Assembly: GCA_015492495.1 (NCBI GenBank)
Contig: WGEY01000088.1
Coordinates: 2,959-66,958 of the forward strand
Length of the DNA: 64,000 nt
Direction of reading: 5' to 3'
Origin: Deltaproteobacteria bacterium
Lineage (GTDB): Bacteria; Desulfobacterota; GWC2-55-46; DRQE01
Under the pieces are notes generated by a model. That model was given only the letters and a program-made list of their open reading frames with translations, ran no database searches and was not told where the DNA came from. The translations under genes and the position numbers were made by a program. Position 1 is the first letter of the stretch. Every line of letters starts with the position of its first letter. Positions 1 to 11,076 of the stretch are shown in pieces.

Positions 1-629
1 TGGCCGAGCTTACCGGCGGCAGGCTTCACATAGCGCATGTCAGCACGCGCGGCTCGGTCGAGCTGGTGAGGTCCGCAAAGAAGCGGGGGCTCGATGTCAC
101 GGCAGAGGCCACCCCTCACCACCTGGCCCTGACGGACGAGATGCTCCTCGGCTATGATACGGACTGCAAGATGAACCCGCCGCTCAGGACCGTTGAAGAC
201 AGGGATGCCCTGAGGGAGGGGGTCAAGGACGGCACCATTGATACCATAGCGACAGACCATGCACCGCACTCGTCCATAGAAAAGGATGTAGAGTTCGACG
301 ATGCGGCATGCGGGGTCGTGGGGCTTGAGACGGCCCTCGGCGTGGTTCTGTCACTGGTGGATGACGGTGTCCTGACACTCGACGAGGCGATACGTGCGAT
401 GACCGTTAACCCGTCCCGTGCCGTTGGCATCGATGCCGGAACACTTGAGGTGGGTGGAGCCGCAGATATCGCGATAGTCGACCTTGAAGAACGCTGGACA
501 GTGGATCCTTCCCTCTTCAGGTCCAGGTCCAGGAATACTCCGTTCAAGGGCATGGAGATGAAGGGCAGGGTGATGAAGACGATAGTGGACGGTGAAGTGG
601 TGTACGATCGAGAGGGTAAATCCTCCTGA
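1..629 (+). CDS. pyrC: dihydroorotase, C-terminal part (5' end lies outside the window; reading frame starts at nt 3)
   Basis: Translation ...[15 protein letters not shown]...[33 protein letters not shown]... matches the metal-dependent amidohydrolase / dihydroorotase signature (HIAHVST; DHAPH). It lies upstream of carA-carB (pyrimidine context). Confidence 0.85.
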   Translation, partial: AELTGGRLHIAHVSTRGSVELVRSAKKRGLDVTAEATPHHLALTDEMLLGYDTDCKMNPPLRTVEDRDALREGVKDGTIDTIATDHAPHSSIEKDVEFDDAACGVVGLETALGVVLSLVDDGVLTLDEAIRAMTVNPSRAVGIDAGTLEVGGAADIAIVDLEERWTVDPSLFRSRSRNTPFKGMEMKGRVMKTIVDGEVVYDREGKSS

Positions 630-718
630 GATGCACGGCGAACGCATGTATACAGGCATCATGGAAGATTCCCCGCGGCCTGCTCAGCGGGAGGCTTCAA
701 AAGAGGAAAAGGCGGAGA

Positions 719-1864
719 ATGGTACAAGGCATGAAGGAGCGTAAAAGGGCCATACTGGCGCTTGCCGACGGTACGGTCTTCGAGGGCTACTCCCTCGGGG
801 CCGAAGGCGAGGTCTCGGGCGAGGTCGTCTTCAACACGTCCATGACCGGCTACCAGGAGATACTCACCGACCCTTCCTACAGGGGACAGATAGTAACCAT
901 GACCTATACCCAGCAGGGCAACTACGGCCTGAACCCCGAGGACATCGAGTCATGGAGACCCTGGGTCGAGGGGTTCGTCGTAAAGGAGCCATCGCTGTAT
1001 CCCAGCAACTGGCGCTACCTGAAGGGGGGAGAGACGCTCGATGAGTACCTCGGGCGTAACGGCATAGTAGGGATATGCGGCATAGACACGAGGGCCCTTA
1101 CAAGGCACATAAGGGAGAGCGGGGCCATGCCGGGTGTTATCTCAACCGTCGACGACGTCGCCGAGAACCTGGTGGAAAAGGCCCGGAGCATACCGGGGCT
1201 TCTCGGCAGGGACCTCGTCAGGGAGGTCACGTGTACGGAGCCGTATACATGGGACGAGGGGCTGTGGAACATCGAAGGGGGCTATGGAACCGGCAGGGCC
1301 GGGGTAAGGCACAGGGTCGTTGCCTATGACTTCGGCATAAAACGCAACATCCTGAGGAACCTCTTCTCGGCCGGATGTGACGTGACGGTCGTTCCCGCGG
1401 ACACCCCCGCCGAGAAGGTACTCGAGATGGACCCTGACGGTATCTTTCTTTCGAACGGTCCAGGGGACCCCGAGCCGGTGAGCTACGCCCAGGAGAGCAT
1501 AAGGAAGCTCATGGGCAGAAAACCCATATTCGGGATATGCCTCGGCCACCAGCTCCTTGCGCTCGCCCTCGGCGCAAAGAGCTTCAAGCTGAAGTTCGGC
1601 CACAGGGGCGGAAACCAGCCGGTTAAGGACCTCACGACCGGCCGCGTCGAGATAACGGCCCAGAACCACGGCTTCGCCATAGACATGGATTCCATGAAGG
1701 GTGTTGCAAGGCTCACCCACGTAAACCTCAACGACAACACGGTGGAGGGCATGGAGGTCAGGGAAAAGAGGCTCTTCTCGGTCCAGTACCATCCAGAGGC
1801 CGCGCCCGGACCGCACGACTCATCGTACCTCTTCGAGAGGTTCGTGAAGATGATGGAGGGATGA
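719..1864 (+). CDS. carA: carbamoyl-phosphate synthase small (glutamine amidotransferase) subunit
   Basis: 381 aa. N-terminal CPSase small-chain domain plus class-I GATase motifs ([24 protein letters not shown]), immediately upstream of carB. Confidence 0.95.
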   Translation: MVQGMKERKRAILALADGTVFEGYSLGAEGEVSGEVVFNTSMTGYQEILTDPSYRGQIVTMTYTQQGNYGLNPEDIESWRPWVEGFVVKEPSLYPSNWRYLKGGETLDEYLGRNGIVGICGIDTRALTRHIRESGAMPGVISTVDDVAENLVEKARSIPGLLGRDLVREVTCTEPYTWDEGLWNIEGGYGTGRAGVRHRVVAYDFGIKRNILRNLFSAGCDVTVVPADTPAEKVLEMDPDGIFLSNGPGDPEPVSYAQESIRKLMGRKPIFGICLGHQLLALALGAKSFKLKFGHRGGNQPVKDLTTGRVEITAQNHGFAIDMDSMKGVARLTHVNLNDNTVEGMEVREKRLFSVQYHPEAAPGPHDSSYLFERFVKMMEG

Positions 1865-1904
1865 GATCCGGCGGCCCCTCCGGCTCATACAGGAAGATGA
1901 CATC

Positions 1905-4900
1905 ATGCCAAAACGTACTGACATAAGAAGGATCCTTCTCATCGGCTCAGGCCCCATCGTCATAGGCCAGGCATGCGAGTTCGACTACTCCGGCACCCAG
2001 GCCTGCAAGGCCCTTAAGGAGGACGGCTACGAGGTCGTGCTCGTCAACTCGAACCCCGCGACCATCATGACCGACCCAGACTTCGCGGACAGGACCTATG
2101 TCGAGCCCATCACCCCGGAGATGGTCGAGAGGATAATCGAACGCGAGAGACCTGATGCACTCCTTCCGACCATGGGCGGGCAGACCGCGTTGAACGTATC
2201 CGTGGCCCTCGCCGAACGGGGCGTGCTCGAAAGGCACGGGGTGGAGCTCATAGGTGCCAGCATAGAGGCCATAAAGAAGGCAGAGGACAGGGAGCAGTTC
2301 AGGCAGGCCATGTGGAAGATCGGGCTCGAGGTCCCGGGCAGCGGTGTGGCCAGGACCCTTGACGAGGCGAACGAGCTTGTTAAACGCTTCAACTACCCGG
2401 TCATCCTCCGGCCCTCCTTCACCCTCGGCGGAACCGGCGGCGGGATAGCCTACAACCGAGAGGAGTTCGAGGAGCTCGTGCGCCACGGGCTCGATGCAAG
2501 CCCCACCAGTGAGGTCCTCATCGAGGAGTCCGTCATCGGCTGGAAGGAGTACGAGCTCGAGGTGATGCGCGACAAGTTGGACAACGTCGTCATCATCTGC
2601 TCCATAGAGAACTTAGACCCCATGGGGGTGCACACAGGCGACTCCATAACCGTGGCCCCGGCCCAGACACTCACGGACAAGGAGTACCAGCTGATGAGGG
2701 ACGCGGCACTCAGGATAATCCGCGAGATAGGGGTGGACACCGGCGGCTCGAACATCCAGTTCTCGGTAAACCCGAGGAACGGAAGGATGTACGTCATAGA
2801 GATGAACCCCAGGGTGTCGAGGAGTTCGGCCCTTGCGAGCAAGGCCACCGGTTTTCCCATAGCCAAGATAGCGGCGAAGCTCGCCGTGGGGTACACGCTC
2901 GACGAGATACCCAACGACATAACCAGAAAGACCCCGGCATGCTTCGAGCCCACGATAGACTACGTGGTCACGAAGATCCCGCGCTTTGCATTCGAAAAAT
3001 TTCCGAAGGCAGACCCCACGCTCACCACCCAGATGAAGTCCGTGGGCGAGGTCATGAGCATAGGAAGGACCTTCAAGGAGTCCCTTCACAAGGCGCTCCG
3101 CTCCCTCGAGACCGGCTCCTCGGGCTTCGAGCGGGTGGTGCTGCAGAGGTCACGGGTGGGGACGTTACATGCACCGACGGATGTGGAGAAGGACGCCATC
3201 CTGTCGTGGCTCAAGACCCCCAGGGCCGAGAGGATATATTACATCGCAGAGGCCATGCGTGCCGGCATCGACGTGGCGAAGATCCATGAACTCACTGGGA
3301 TAGATCCCTGGTTTCTGAACAACATAAAGGAGATCGTGGACCTCGAAGCAAGGATAGTCGAGGCATCCGCAAGCGGCGGACTTTCTTCCGAGCTACTGCG
3401 GAACGCCAAGGAGTGGGGCTTTTCGTACGAGATGCTGAGCGCCCTCACTGGAGACGATGTGGAGGTGCTCGTAAAGAGGGGCTCTGAGGCCGGTATCGAG
3501 CCGGTGTACAAGTGCGTGGATACCTGTGCAGCGGAGTTCGAGGCGTACACGCCGTACCTGTATTCGACCTACGAGCGCCCCTTCTACAACATAACAACCG
3601 GGCGGTCGAGGAGGGCCGAGTGCGAGTCTGCGCCTACCGGCAACAGAAAGGTCATTATACTTGGAAGCGGCCCCAACCGGATAGGCCAGGGCATAGAGTT
3701 CGACTACTGCTGCGTACACGCAAGCTTTGCCCTAAGGGAGGAGGGGTTCGAGTCCATAATGGTGAACTGCAACCCGGAGACGGTCTCAACGGACTACGAC
3801 ACATCCGACAGGCTCTACTTCGAGCCCCTTACCTTCGAGGACGTGATGGCGATAGTCGAAAGGGAGAGGCCCTACGGTGTCATCGTCCAGCTCGGGGGAC
3901 AGACCCCCCTCAAGCTCTCCGTGCCCCTTGAGAGGGCCGGGGTCAGGATACTGGGCACACCGCCGGATTCCATCGACATCGCCGAGGACAGGGAACGCTT
4001 CGACGGGCTGCTCGATAGGCTCGGGCTCAAGAGACCGGAGAGCGGTATCGCCCGCAGCATAGACGAGGCGGTAAGTGTCGCAGGCGGTATCGGCTATCCG
4101 GTCATGGTAAGGCCCTCATACGTGCTCGGCGGAAGGGCCATGGAGATAGTCTACGACGAACCAAGCCTCATAGGCTACATGAGCAGGGCAGTGGAGGCCT
4201 CGCCCGAACACCCGGTGCTCATAGACAGGTTCCTCGAGGGCGCGGCGGAGGTGGATGTTGACTGCATAAGCGACGGCGGGGTGGTCGTCATAGGCGGCAT
4301 AATGGAGCACATAGAAGAGGCTGGCGTTCATTCGGGGGATTCGGCCTGTTCGCTTCCGCCTTATTCGCTCGGGGCAGATGTTCTTGACGAGATAAGGCGA
4401 CAGACGAGAGAGCTTGCCAGGGAACTCGGTGTCGTGGGGCTCATGAACGTACAGTTCGCCATAAAGGACGGTACGGTCTACATACTGGAGGTGAACCCGA
4501 GGGCGTCACGCACCATACCGTTCGTGAGCAAGGCCATCGGCAGGCCGCTTGCAAAGCTTGCGACAAAGCTCATGGTCGGAAGGACGCTCGAGGAGTTGGG
4601 TGTGACCGAGGAGGCGAAGCCCTCATACATCTCGGTCAAGGAGGCCGTTTTTCCGTTCATCAAGTTTCCCGGGGTGGACACCCTCCTCGGCCCCGAGATG
4701 AAGTCAACCGGAGAGGTCATGGGAATCGGCATGGACTTCGGAAGGGCCTTTGCAAAGGCGCAGATAGCAGCCGGCAACACCCTGCCGCTTGAGGGATGTG
4801 TCTTCATAAGCGTAAGGGACGAGGACAAGGCCGCGGTCGAGGGGGTTGCAAGGGAGCTCAAGGAGATGGGCTTCAGTATATTAGCTACAAAGGGGACCGC

Positions 4901-5216
4901 TCGCTACCTGACGCAAAGGGGGATCGAGGCCGAGATGGTGTACAAGGTCATCGAGGGGATGCGTCCCCATGTGGTGGACAGGATAAAGAGCAACGAGATC
5001 TCCATGGTCATAAACACATCCTTCGGCGCAAAGAGCGTGGAGGACTCCTACTCCATAAGACGGACCTCGGTGGAGATGGGGATTCCGTACTTTACCACGA
5101 TCGCCGGTGCGCACGCAGCCACATGCGCCATAAAGGCGATAAAGAAGGAAGGGCTTGCGGTGAGGACCCTCCAGGAGTACCATGCCGGGGAGGCCGCCCT
5201 TCCAGGGACCGGATGA
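1905..5216 (+). CDS. carB: carbamoyl-phosphate synthase large subunit
   Basis: 1103 aa with two ATP-grasp halves (duplicated ...[10 protein letters not shown]... / ...[10 protein letters not shown]...) and a C-terminal MGS-like domain. Canonical CarB length. Confidence 0.97.
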   Translation: MPKRTDIRRILLIGSGPIVIGQACEFDYSGTQACKALKEDGYEVVLVNSNPATIMTDPDFADRTYVEPITPEMVERIIERERPDALLPTMGGQTALNVSVALAERGVLERHGVELIGASIEAIKKAEDREQFRQAMWKIGLEVPGSGVARTLDEANELVKRFNYPVILRPSFTLGGTGGGIAYNREEFEELVRHGLDASPTSEVLIEESVIGWKEYELEVMRDKLDNVVIICSIENLDPMGVHTGDSITVAPAQTLTDKEYQLMRDAALRIIREIGVDTGGSNIQFSVNPRNGRMYVIEMNPRVSRSSALASKATGFPIAKIAAKLAVGYTLDEIPNDITRKTPACFEPTIDYVVTKIPRFAFEKFPKADPTLTTQMKSVGEVMSIGRTFKESLHKALRSLETGSSGFERVVLQRSRVGTLHAPTDVEKDAILSWLKTPRAERIYYIAEAMRAGIDVAKIHELTGIDPWFLNNIKEIVDLEARIVEASASGGLSSELLRNAKEWGFSYEMLSALTGDDVEVLVKRGSEAGIEPVYKCVDTCAAEFEAYTPYLYSTYERPFYNITTGRSRRAECESAPTGNRKVIILGSGPNRIGQGIEFDYCCVHASFALREEGFESIMVNCNPETVSTDYDTSDRLYFEPLTFEDVMAIVERERPYGVIVQLGGQTPLKLSVPLERAGVRILGTPPDSIDIAEDRERFDGLLDRLGLKRPESGIARSIDEAVSVAGGIGYPVMVRPSYVLGGRAMEIVYDEPSLIGYMSRAVEASPEHPVLIDRFLEGAAEVDVDCISDGGVVVIGGIMEHIEEAGVHSGDSACSLPPYSLGADVLDEIRRQTRELARELGVVGLMNVQFAIKDGTVYILEVNPRASRTIPFVSKAIGRPLAKLATKLMVGRTLEELGVTEEAKPSYISVKEAVFPFIKFPGVDTLLGPEMKSTGEVMGIGMDFGRAFAKAQIAAGNTLPLEGCVFISVRDEDKAAVEGVARELKEMGFSILATKGTARYLTQRGIEAEMVYKVIEGMRPHVVDRIKSNEISMVINTSFGAKSVEDSYSIRRTSVEMGIPYFTTIAGAHAATCAIKAIKKEGLAVRTLQEYHAGEAALPGTG

Positions 5217-5251
5217 GCCGCCAACACCGCAGTCCCGCCCTTTTCCGGTAT

Positions 5252-7720
5252 ATGCAGACCCGCGTGCAGGAACAGCTTTTCCGTATCATAGACTCCATTG
5301 AAAAACCGGTGAACTTCGCCTCGAGGGACGGTTTTGCCCGTATTTCGAGCATAAGGGGGCTCGAGTCCCTGGTTGTGTCCCTGTGTGAGGAGGCATCGGG
5401 GACCGGTCTGCCCGGGGCGGTGTTGCGAAGCCTCGATGAACTGAAGTCGCTTTTCGAGGGGTTCGACGGCCTCCCGGTCGAGGTGAAAAAGGAACGCATC
5501 CGGAGGGCCGGGGAGATACTGGCATTGCTGAGGAATGTCTCGGCGTACAGCGGCGAGGACCGAAATAGTATTCGTGTTCCACCGGTCTCCGAGGTCCTGG
5601 ACAGGCTCGGAAGGCTCTCCACCCCGCTCCGGTACGTAAAGGGTGTGGGGCCGAAGCTTGCCGAGAGGTTTAAGCACAAGGGGCTTTCCACGGTCGAGGA
5701 CCTGCTCTACTTCCTCCCGATCCGCTACGAGGACCGCCGTTTCATGAAGAGGATATCCGATCTGGAGCCAGGCAGGCCCCAGGCAGGCACCGGTGAGGTG
5801 CTGGCCTCCTCTGAGGTGAGGTACGGAAGGCGCAGGGTCTTCGAGGCGGTGGTCTCGGACGGCTCGGGTCTTTTGAGGTTGAAGTGGTTCAACTACAGGC
5901 TTCCGTACATGAAAAAGAGATACACACCCGGCCAGAGGCTCACCTTCTACGGGACGGTCTCCGTCTTCGCACACCGCAAGGAGATGGTGCATCCCGACGT
6001 AGAGCTCCTTGAAGCCTGCGGTGAAGATGAGGAGACAGCCCGCCAGGCTGAAGGTATAGTGCCCGTTTATTCGCAGGTAGAGAACTTTCACCAGAAGACC
6101 GTAAGGGGGCTTGTTCACCGGATAGTCGAGGGTTACGCCTCCGTTGCACCGGGCTGCGTGCCGGAGGAGGTCCTTGAGCGGTGCGGATTCATCCCCCTTA
6201 AAGATGCCTTTTTCGGCGTCCACACCCCCGGGGACACCTCCTCGGTGGAGCTTGCAAGAAAGAGCCTCGTATTCGACGAGCTCTTCTCCCTCGAACTCGG
6301 TCTCGCGCTCAGGAGGAGGGGGATAAAGAGGGAGAGCGGTCTTGCGATGGACGGTGCCGGTAGGCTCTGTAAGAGGTTCCTTGAGATGCTACCCTTCGAT
6401 CTCACCGGTGCCCAGAAGAGGGTCGTGGAGGAGATAAGGAAGGACATGGCCTCACCGCACCCGATGAACAGGCTTATACAGGGGGATGTTGGCAGCGGAA
6501 AGACGGTGGTCGCCTTTATGGCCGTTCTTCTGGCCGTGGAGTCGGGCTTCCAGGCGGCTATTATGGCACCCACTGAGATACTTGCGGAGCAGCATTTTCT
6601 TACGACCCGTTCGTATTGCGAGGCGTTGGGTATTGAGTCCGCCTTGCTCACGGGCGCCATGACGAAGTCCGAGAGGGAGAGGACGCTCCGTTCGGTGGGA
6701 GAGGGGGGCGTGGACCTTGTCATAGGCACGCACGCGCTCATCCAGAAGGGGGTGGCGTTCAGGAGGCTCGGGCTGGCGGTCATAGACGAGCAGCACCGCT
6801 TCGGCGTGGTGCAGAGGAGCGAGCTCAGGAAAAAGGGTACCGTGGGGGAAGAAGGTGGGCTGGGCGGTGTATCGCCCGACATCCTGGTCATGACGGCCAC
6901 CCCCATACCGAGGACGCTTTCGATGACCGTCTTCGGTGACCTGGACGTGTCCGTCATAGACGAGCTCCCCAGGGGAAGGAGGCCGGTCGAGACCCGGATA
7001 CTGAGGGAGAAGGACAGGGAAGAGGCGTACAGGATCATCCGCGACGAGGTAAGGGCAGGGGGGCAGGCCTATATCGTGTACCCGCTCGTCGAGGAGAGCG
7101 AGGAGCTGAGCCTGAGGGACGCCACCAACATGAAGGAGCACCTCGAAAGGGATGTCTTCGCAGACTTCAGGCTGGCCCTTCTCCACGGTAGGATGAAGTC
7201 CGCGGAGAAGGAGGCCGTGATGAAGGCGTTCAAGGCGGGCGAGGTCGACATACTGGTTTCGACCACCGTTGTGGAGGTGGGCGTTGACGTGCCGAATGCA
7301 ACGCTTATACTCATAGAGCACGCAGAGAGGTTCGGTCTTGCTCAGCTTCACCAGCTAAGGGGCAGGGTCGGCAGGGGCTCGAAGAGGTCCCTTTGTCTTC
7401 TCCTTGCCCAGTATACGCAGAGCGATCTTACGTGGAGGCGTCTAAAGGTCCTCGAACAGACCATGGACGGCTTCAGGATAGCCGAGGAGGATCTAAGGAT
7501 AAGGGGACCGGGTGACTTCATGGGAACACGACAATGGGGTATGCCCGCGCTCAGGATGCAGGATGCCCTGGCCGACCTACAGCTCCTCAAGATGGCAAGG
7601 GATGAGGCCTTCCGTTTCCTGGAGAGGGATCCGGAACTGTCTACAGCCGAGGGGCAGGCCATCAAGGCGGTGCTCAGGGCCAGGTGGAACGACAGGCTGG
7701 AGCTTGCCGAGGTGGGGTAG
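5252..7720 (+). CDS. recG: ATP-dependent DNA helicase RecG
   Basis: The six-frame ORF 4796-7720 runs back into carB. The first in-frame ATG after the carB stop is 5252 (MQTRVQEQLF...). Supporting motifs: wedge-domain region LRYVKGVGPKLAERFKHKGLSTVEDLLYFLPIRYEDRR, Walker A GDVGSGKT, DEQHRFGV, helicase C motifs, and the C-terminal RecG TRG region (QLHQLRGRVGRG). Confidence 0.9.
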   Translation: MQTRVQEQLFRIIDSIEKPVNFASRDGFARISSIRGLESLVVSLCEEASGTGLPGAVLRSLDELKSLFEGFDGLPVEVKKERIRRAGEILALLRNVSAYSGEDRNSIRVPPVSEVLDRLGRLSTPLRYVKGVGPKLAERFKHKGLSTVEDLLYFLPIRYEDRRFMKRISDLEPGRPQAGTGEVLASSEVRYGRRRVFEAVVSDGSGLLRLKWFNYRLPYMKKRYTPGQRLTFYGTVSVFAHRKEMVHPDVELLEACGEDEETARQAEGIVPVYSQVENFHQKTVRGLVHRIVEGYASVAPGCVPEEVLERCGFIPLKDAFFGVHTPGDTSSVELARKSLVFDELFSLELGLALRRRGIKRESGLAMDGAGRLCKRFLEMLPFDLTGAQKRVVEEIRKDMASPHPMNRLIQGDVGSGKTVVAFMAVLLAVESGFQAAIMAPTEILAEQHFLTTRSYCEALGIESALLTGAMTKSERERTLRSVGEGGVDLVIGTHALIQKGVAFRRLGLAVIDEQHRFGVVQRSELRKKGTVGEEGGLGGVSPDILVMTATPIPRTLSMTVFGDLDVSVIDELPRGRRPVETRILREKDREEAYRIIRDEVRAGGQAYIVYPLVEESEELSLRDATNMKEHLERDVFADFRLALLHGRMKSAEKEAVMKAFKAGEVDILVSTTVVEVGVDVPNATLILIEHAERFGLAQLHQLRGRVGRGSKRSLCLLLAQYTQSDLTWRRLKVLEQTMDGFRIAEEDLRIRGPGDFMGTRQWGMPALRMQDALADLQLLKMARDEAFRFLERDPELSTAEGQAIKAVLRARWNDRLELAEVG

Positions 7721-7899
7721 TCAGTTCAACGCGGTTTTCCGGGTTTCGGCCCGACGGTGCGCGCAGAACACCGCCACTAATACGGGCCTTATCCGTAACA
7801 TCCAGTGCCAGGTTTTTTTCAGGCACCATAAACAGACCTGCACAGCGGCAAAGGCAACAGTGTATGTGTTGCAGTCTGGATGTTGATCTTCAAAAAAGA

Positions 7900-7928
7900 T
7901 TGACAGATTTCCGCTGTCGTGATAAAGA
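7900..7928 (+). promoter_or_regulatory. possible sigma70-type promoter (TTGACA - 17 nt - TAAAGA) upstream of the protease-like gene
   Basis: Perfect -35 hexamer TTGACA with a 17-nt spacer to a weak -10 (TAAAGA). Sits in the 260-bp recG-downstream intergenic region. Confidence 0.25.
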
Positions 7929-8008
7929 GATCAGTGATTATTGAAGGATATGGGCGCATGCTCCCTGAATGACACGGTTTGCATGCAGAATTTGTTTATT
8001 CATCTTTA

Positions 8009-9070
8009 ATGGAGGGTGTAAAGGTGGCCGTTAAGACCAAAGGGACGAGAGGAAAGGGTAAGGGTGGAGGCAAGGGAGATGACAGGAAGAGGTTGCTTTC
8101 TAGGCTCTTCCATATCAAGAGGGAGCTGGAGCCACTTCTATGGAAGCTGCCGTGCATACAGGGGGTGGGGGTGGGTTACAAGTATACAGGCGGAAGGATG
8201 ACGAGGCAGCCCGCCATAATCGTCTTCGTGGCGAGAAAGGTTCCGGCCAGGTTCCTGGCGGTCTCCGGGATAGTGCCGGCAAAGCTCGTCATACCGGATC
8301 CCATGGAGGACGGAAAACCAATGGAGGTCGTAACGGATGTCTTCGAGTCCGGCTACTACTCGGTTCATTCATACACCTCAAAGCACAGGCCGGCCCACGG
8401 CGGTGACAGCATAGGACACATCGATGTGACCGCCGGCACATACGGTTGTGTTGTGCAGGATATGCAGGCCCTCAGGCAGGAGGACAGGATGGAGATGGTC
8501 ATACTGAGCAACAACCATGTGCTGGCAAACAGCAACAACGCCTCCCCAGGGGATCCCATCCTGCAACCCGGACCTTATGACGGGGGCACGATAAGGGATA
8601 AGATAGGCGTGCTCAAACGTTTCGTCCCGATCAGTTTTTCCAAGGACGAGTGCAACTACGTGGATGCGGCCATCGCAACCGCGGAGTGCGGCGACATGTC
8701 GTTCGACATACACGATGTCGGCGGTATCACAGGTTCCTACAACGTAGGTATAGGGGACCTCGGCAAGGAGGTTCAGAAGACCGGCAGAACGACGGGGCAC
8801 ACGACCGGAAGGATCATTGCGATCGACGCCACCGTCAGCGTCAACTACGGCGGTGGACTCAAGAAGAAGATAGCGAGGTTCTGCAGGCAGATACTGACGA
8901 CCGACATGTCGGAACCCGGTGACTCGGGCTCGGCCGGCATGACCATGGACGGCAAGGTCTTCGGACTCCTTTTCGCCGGCAGCGACCGGCAGACCATCTA
9001 CAACAGGATCGAGCTTGTTGAGAGTGCCCTTGAAGTAAAGGTCGTACCCGGCAATGGCACGGTCTGCTGA
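8009..9070 (+). CDS. hypothetical protein with C-terminal trypsin-like (S1 family) serine-peptidase features and an uncharacterised N-terminal domain
   Basis: ORF 7979-9070. Probable start is ATG 8009, or GTG 8024 preceded by GGAGGG. Shows an NNHVLAN (His region) and GDSGSAG...GLLFAGSD (GDSG-type catalytic Ser region) arrangement typical of chymotrypsin-fold peptidases. The N-terminal about 80 aa (..CIQGVGVGYKYTGGRMTRQPAIIVFVARKV..) is not a known domain to me. Confidence 0.55.
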   Translation: MEGVKVAVKTKGTRGKGKGGGKGDDRKRLLSRLFHIKRELEPLLWKLPCIQGVGVGYKYTGGRMTRQPAIIVFVARKVPARFLAVSGIVPAKLVIPDPMEDGKPMEVVTDVFESGYYSVHSYTSKHRPAHGGDSIGHIDVTAGTYGCVVQDMQALRQEDRMEMVILSNNHVLANSNNASPGDPILQPGPYDGGTIRDKIGVLKRFVPISFSKDECNYVDAAIATAECGDMSFDIHDVGGITGSYNVGIGDLGKEVQKTGRTTGHTTGRIIAIDATVSVNYGGGLKKKIARFCRQILTTDMSEPGDSGSAGMTMDGKVFGLLFAGSDRQTIYNRIELVESALEVKVVPGNGTVC

Positions 9071-9076
9071 GGTGTT

Positions 9077-9322
9077 CTAACGCGCGTGGAACTCACCTGA
9101 CTCCTGCACATCCACGCCCACGCCGTCAAGCTCCTTGGGGATGAGATCCCCGGCCTTAAGGTGTGCAGGATCCACCTTCTTTTTCACGTAGACCACGATA
9201 CACCTCTCGTCGGTGTATTCACCCTCTCTCTCCCGCAGCCCCACGGCGACACCTGTCACATTCGGGTATGACAGGAGCATGGATTCGTACTTCTCCTTTA
9301 TCTTTGATATGTCCCGGCCCAT
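9077..9322 (-). CDS. small protein (81 aa) homologous to the N-terminal domain of the adjacent protease-like protein
   Basis: MGRDISKIKEKYESMLLSYPNVTGVAVGLREREGEYTDERCIVVYVKKKVDPAHLKAGDLIPKEL..ESG aligns with KRELEPLLWKLPCIQGVGVGYKYTGGRMTRQPAIIVFVARKVPARFLAVSGIVPAKL..ESG of ORF 8009-9070. It has its own RBS (TGGAGGT) and its own promoter. Confidence 0.5.
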   Translation of the reverse strand: MGRDISKIKEKYESMLLSYPNVTGVAVGLREREGEYTDERCIVVYVKKKVDPAHLKAGDLIPKELDGVGVDVQESGEFHAR

Positions 9323-9336
9323 TTTGTTATACCTCC

Positions 9337-9365
9337 AATTTATGCCACTAGTGTGGATTTGTCAA
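9337..9365 (-). promoter_or_regulatory. sigma70-type promoter (TTGACA - 17 nt - TAAATT) for the 81-aa gene
   Basis: On the minus strand: TTGACAaatccacactagtggcaTAAATT, followed by the RBS TGGAGGT and the ATG at 9322. Confidence 0.45.
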
Positions 9366-9522
9366 CCGTCGCCGCAGTCGGCGTGTCTCCTGTCGAATAT
9401 TTTCCTGCGGCCGTTGACGGTACCGTCCGGAGGTGTTTGCAGATTTCGCTAACATAAAATCCTTACGCTGCCGATATGTATTTGTAGGGCGGTAAAAAAA
9501 ATCACATTCAGGAGATGAGATC

Positions 9523-10947
9523 ATGTCGAAGCGTAAGACGCACGGGCTGAGCTTCCGTCATAGTGTCGACCGCATGGTCGACCGTGCCATAGAGGTTGTA
9601 GGCCTCGAGCCCGGGCTGGCTGACGCCATAAAGGGCTGTAACGCGGTCATAATGGTTCGGTTCCCGGTCGAGATCAAGGGCAAAATAGAGGTGTTTACGG
9701 GCTGGCGGGCTACTCACAGCATACATCGCCTCCCGGCAAAAGGAGGCATCCGTTACGCCACGACGGTGGACCAGAACGAGGTCGAGGCCCTGGCGGCGCT
9801 CATGACATACAAGTGCGCCATAGTCGATGTGCCTTTCGGAGGCTCCAAGGGCGGGTTGCATATAGACCCGCGCAAGTATACCAGGAGCGAGATGCAGCGC
9901 ATCACCCGGCGTTTCGCCAGGGAACTTGCGACAAGGGGGTTCTTGAGCCCTGCCACAAATGTGCCTGCACCCGACATGGGCACGGGTCAGCGCGAGATGG
10001 CCTGGATAACCGACACGTACAAGCACCTCTACCCGGAGGACATAAACTACTTTGCATGTGTTACCGGCAAACCCGTGCACATGGGCGGCATCCGCGGACG
10101 CGTGGAGGCGACCGGTCGGGGGGTACAGTACTCATTGCGGGAGTTCTTCCGCCACCCAGAGGATGTCAGGGCGGCCGGCCTGAGCGGGGGGCTCGGCGGA
10201 AAGCGCATAATCGTTCAGGGGCTCGGAAATGTGGGATACCATGCAGCCAAGTTCCTCTCGGAGGAAGACGGTGCCAGGATCGTCGCCATAGTGGAGCGTG
10301 ACGGGGCGATCGTCGACGAGAGAGGACTTCCTGTGGATGAGGTCAAGCAGTTCATGCTCGAAAACGGCGGTGTGAAGGGCTTTCCCGGTGCCGTGTACGT
10401 GGAGGACGGTGCCGGGGTCCTGGAGATGGAGTGTGATATACTCGTTCCGGCGGCGCTCGAGGGTGTGATACATAAGGAAAACGCCCCGCGCATCAAGGCG
10501 AGGCTAATAGCGGAGGCGGCAAACGGCCCCACGACATTCGACGCCGACATGCTCTTGAACGAGCGCGGTGTGGTGATCCTGCCGGATGCCTATGTCAATG
10601 CAGGGGGCGTGGTCGTATCGTACTTCGAGTGGGTGCGAAACCTCAACCACATCCGCTTCAGGCGCATGGAGCGAAGGCTCGAAGAGCGCCGCGGGCAGCA
10701 CATCATAAACGCCCTTCAGGAGGCCACCGGCAGGGATCTCCCCGAGTGGGTAATAAACGAGTTGACCCACGGAGCGGATGAGCTCGATCTCGTGCGCTCC
10801 GGCCTCGACGACACCATGCGGCTCGCCTACCAGCACATCCGTGAGCTCAAGGCATCGAACCCGAAGGTTACCGACTACCGTACCGCTGCGTACGTCATAG
10901 CCATAGAGAAGATAGCGCGCTCCTACCTGGATACAGGGGTATACTGA
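9523..10947 (+). CDS. gdh: glutamate dehydrogenase (Glu/Leu/Phe/Val dehydrogenase family)
   Basis: 474 aa. Catalytic-Lys motif KCAIVDVPFGGSKGG and a Rossmann GLGNVG motif. RBS AGGAGA upstream of the ATG. Confidence 0.9.
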   Translation: MSKRKTHGLSFRHSVDRMVDRAIEVVGLEPGLADAIKGCNAVIMVRFPVEIKGKIEVFTGWRATHSIHRLPAKGGIRYATTVDQNEVEALAALMTYKCAIVDVPFGGSKGGLHIDPRKYTRSEMQRITRRFARELATRGFLSPATNVPAPDMGTGQREMAWITDTYKHLYPEDINYFACVTGKPVHMGGIRGRVEATGRGVQYSLREFFRHPEDVRAAGLSGGLGGKRIIVQGLGNVGYHAAKFLSEEDGARIVAIVERDGAIVDERGLPVDEVKQFMLENGGVKGFPGAVYVEDGAGVLEMECDILVPAALEGVIHKENAPRIKARLIAEAANGPTTFDADMLLNERGVVILPDAYVNAGGVVVSYFEWVRNLNHIRFRRMERRLEERRGQHIINALQEATGRDLPEWVINELTHGADELDLVRSGLDDTMRLAYQHIRELKASNPKVTDYRTAAYVIAIEKIARSYLDTGVY

Positions 10948-11076
10948 AACTCGCGGCTGCCGGGCCGTAAATCCGCGTGGTTCAAGGACCGCCCGTAGGG
11001 TTTGCAACACAGTACGTCGTCTAGCGGCGGGGTGCGGTCCCGCCTTTCCGGGGTCGTCTTGCGGCCGTGGAAATCC

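Noticed and set aside
5048-6223. 391-aa ORF on the - strand inside recG/carB
   Set aside because: Antisense to well-supported recG and carB. No domain signal.
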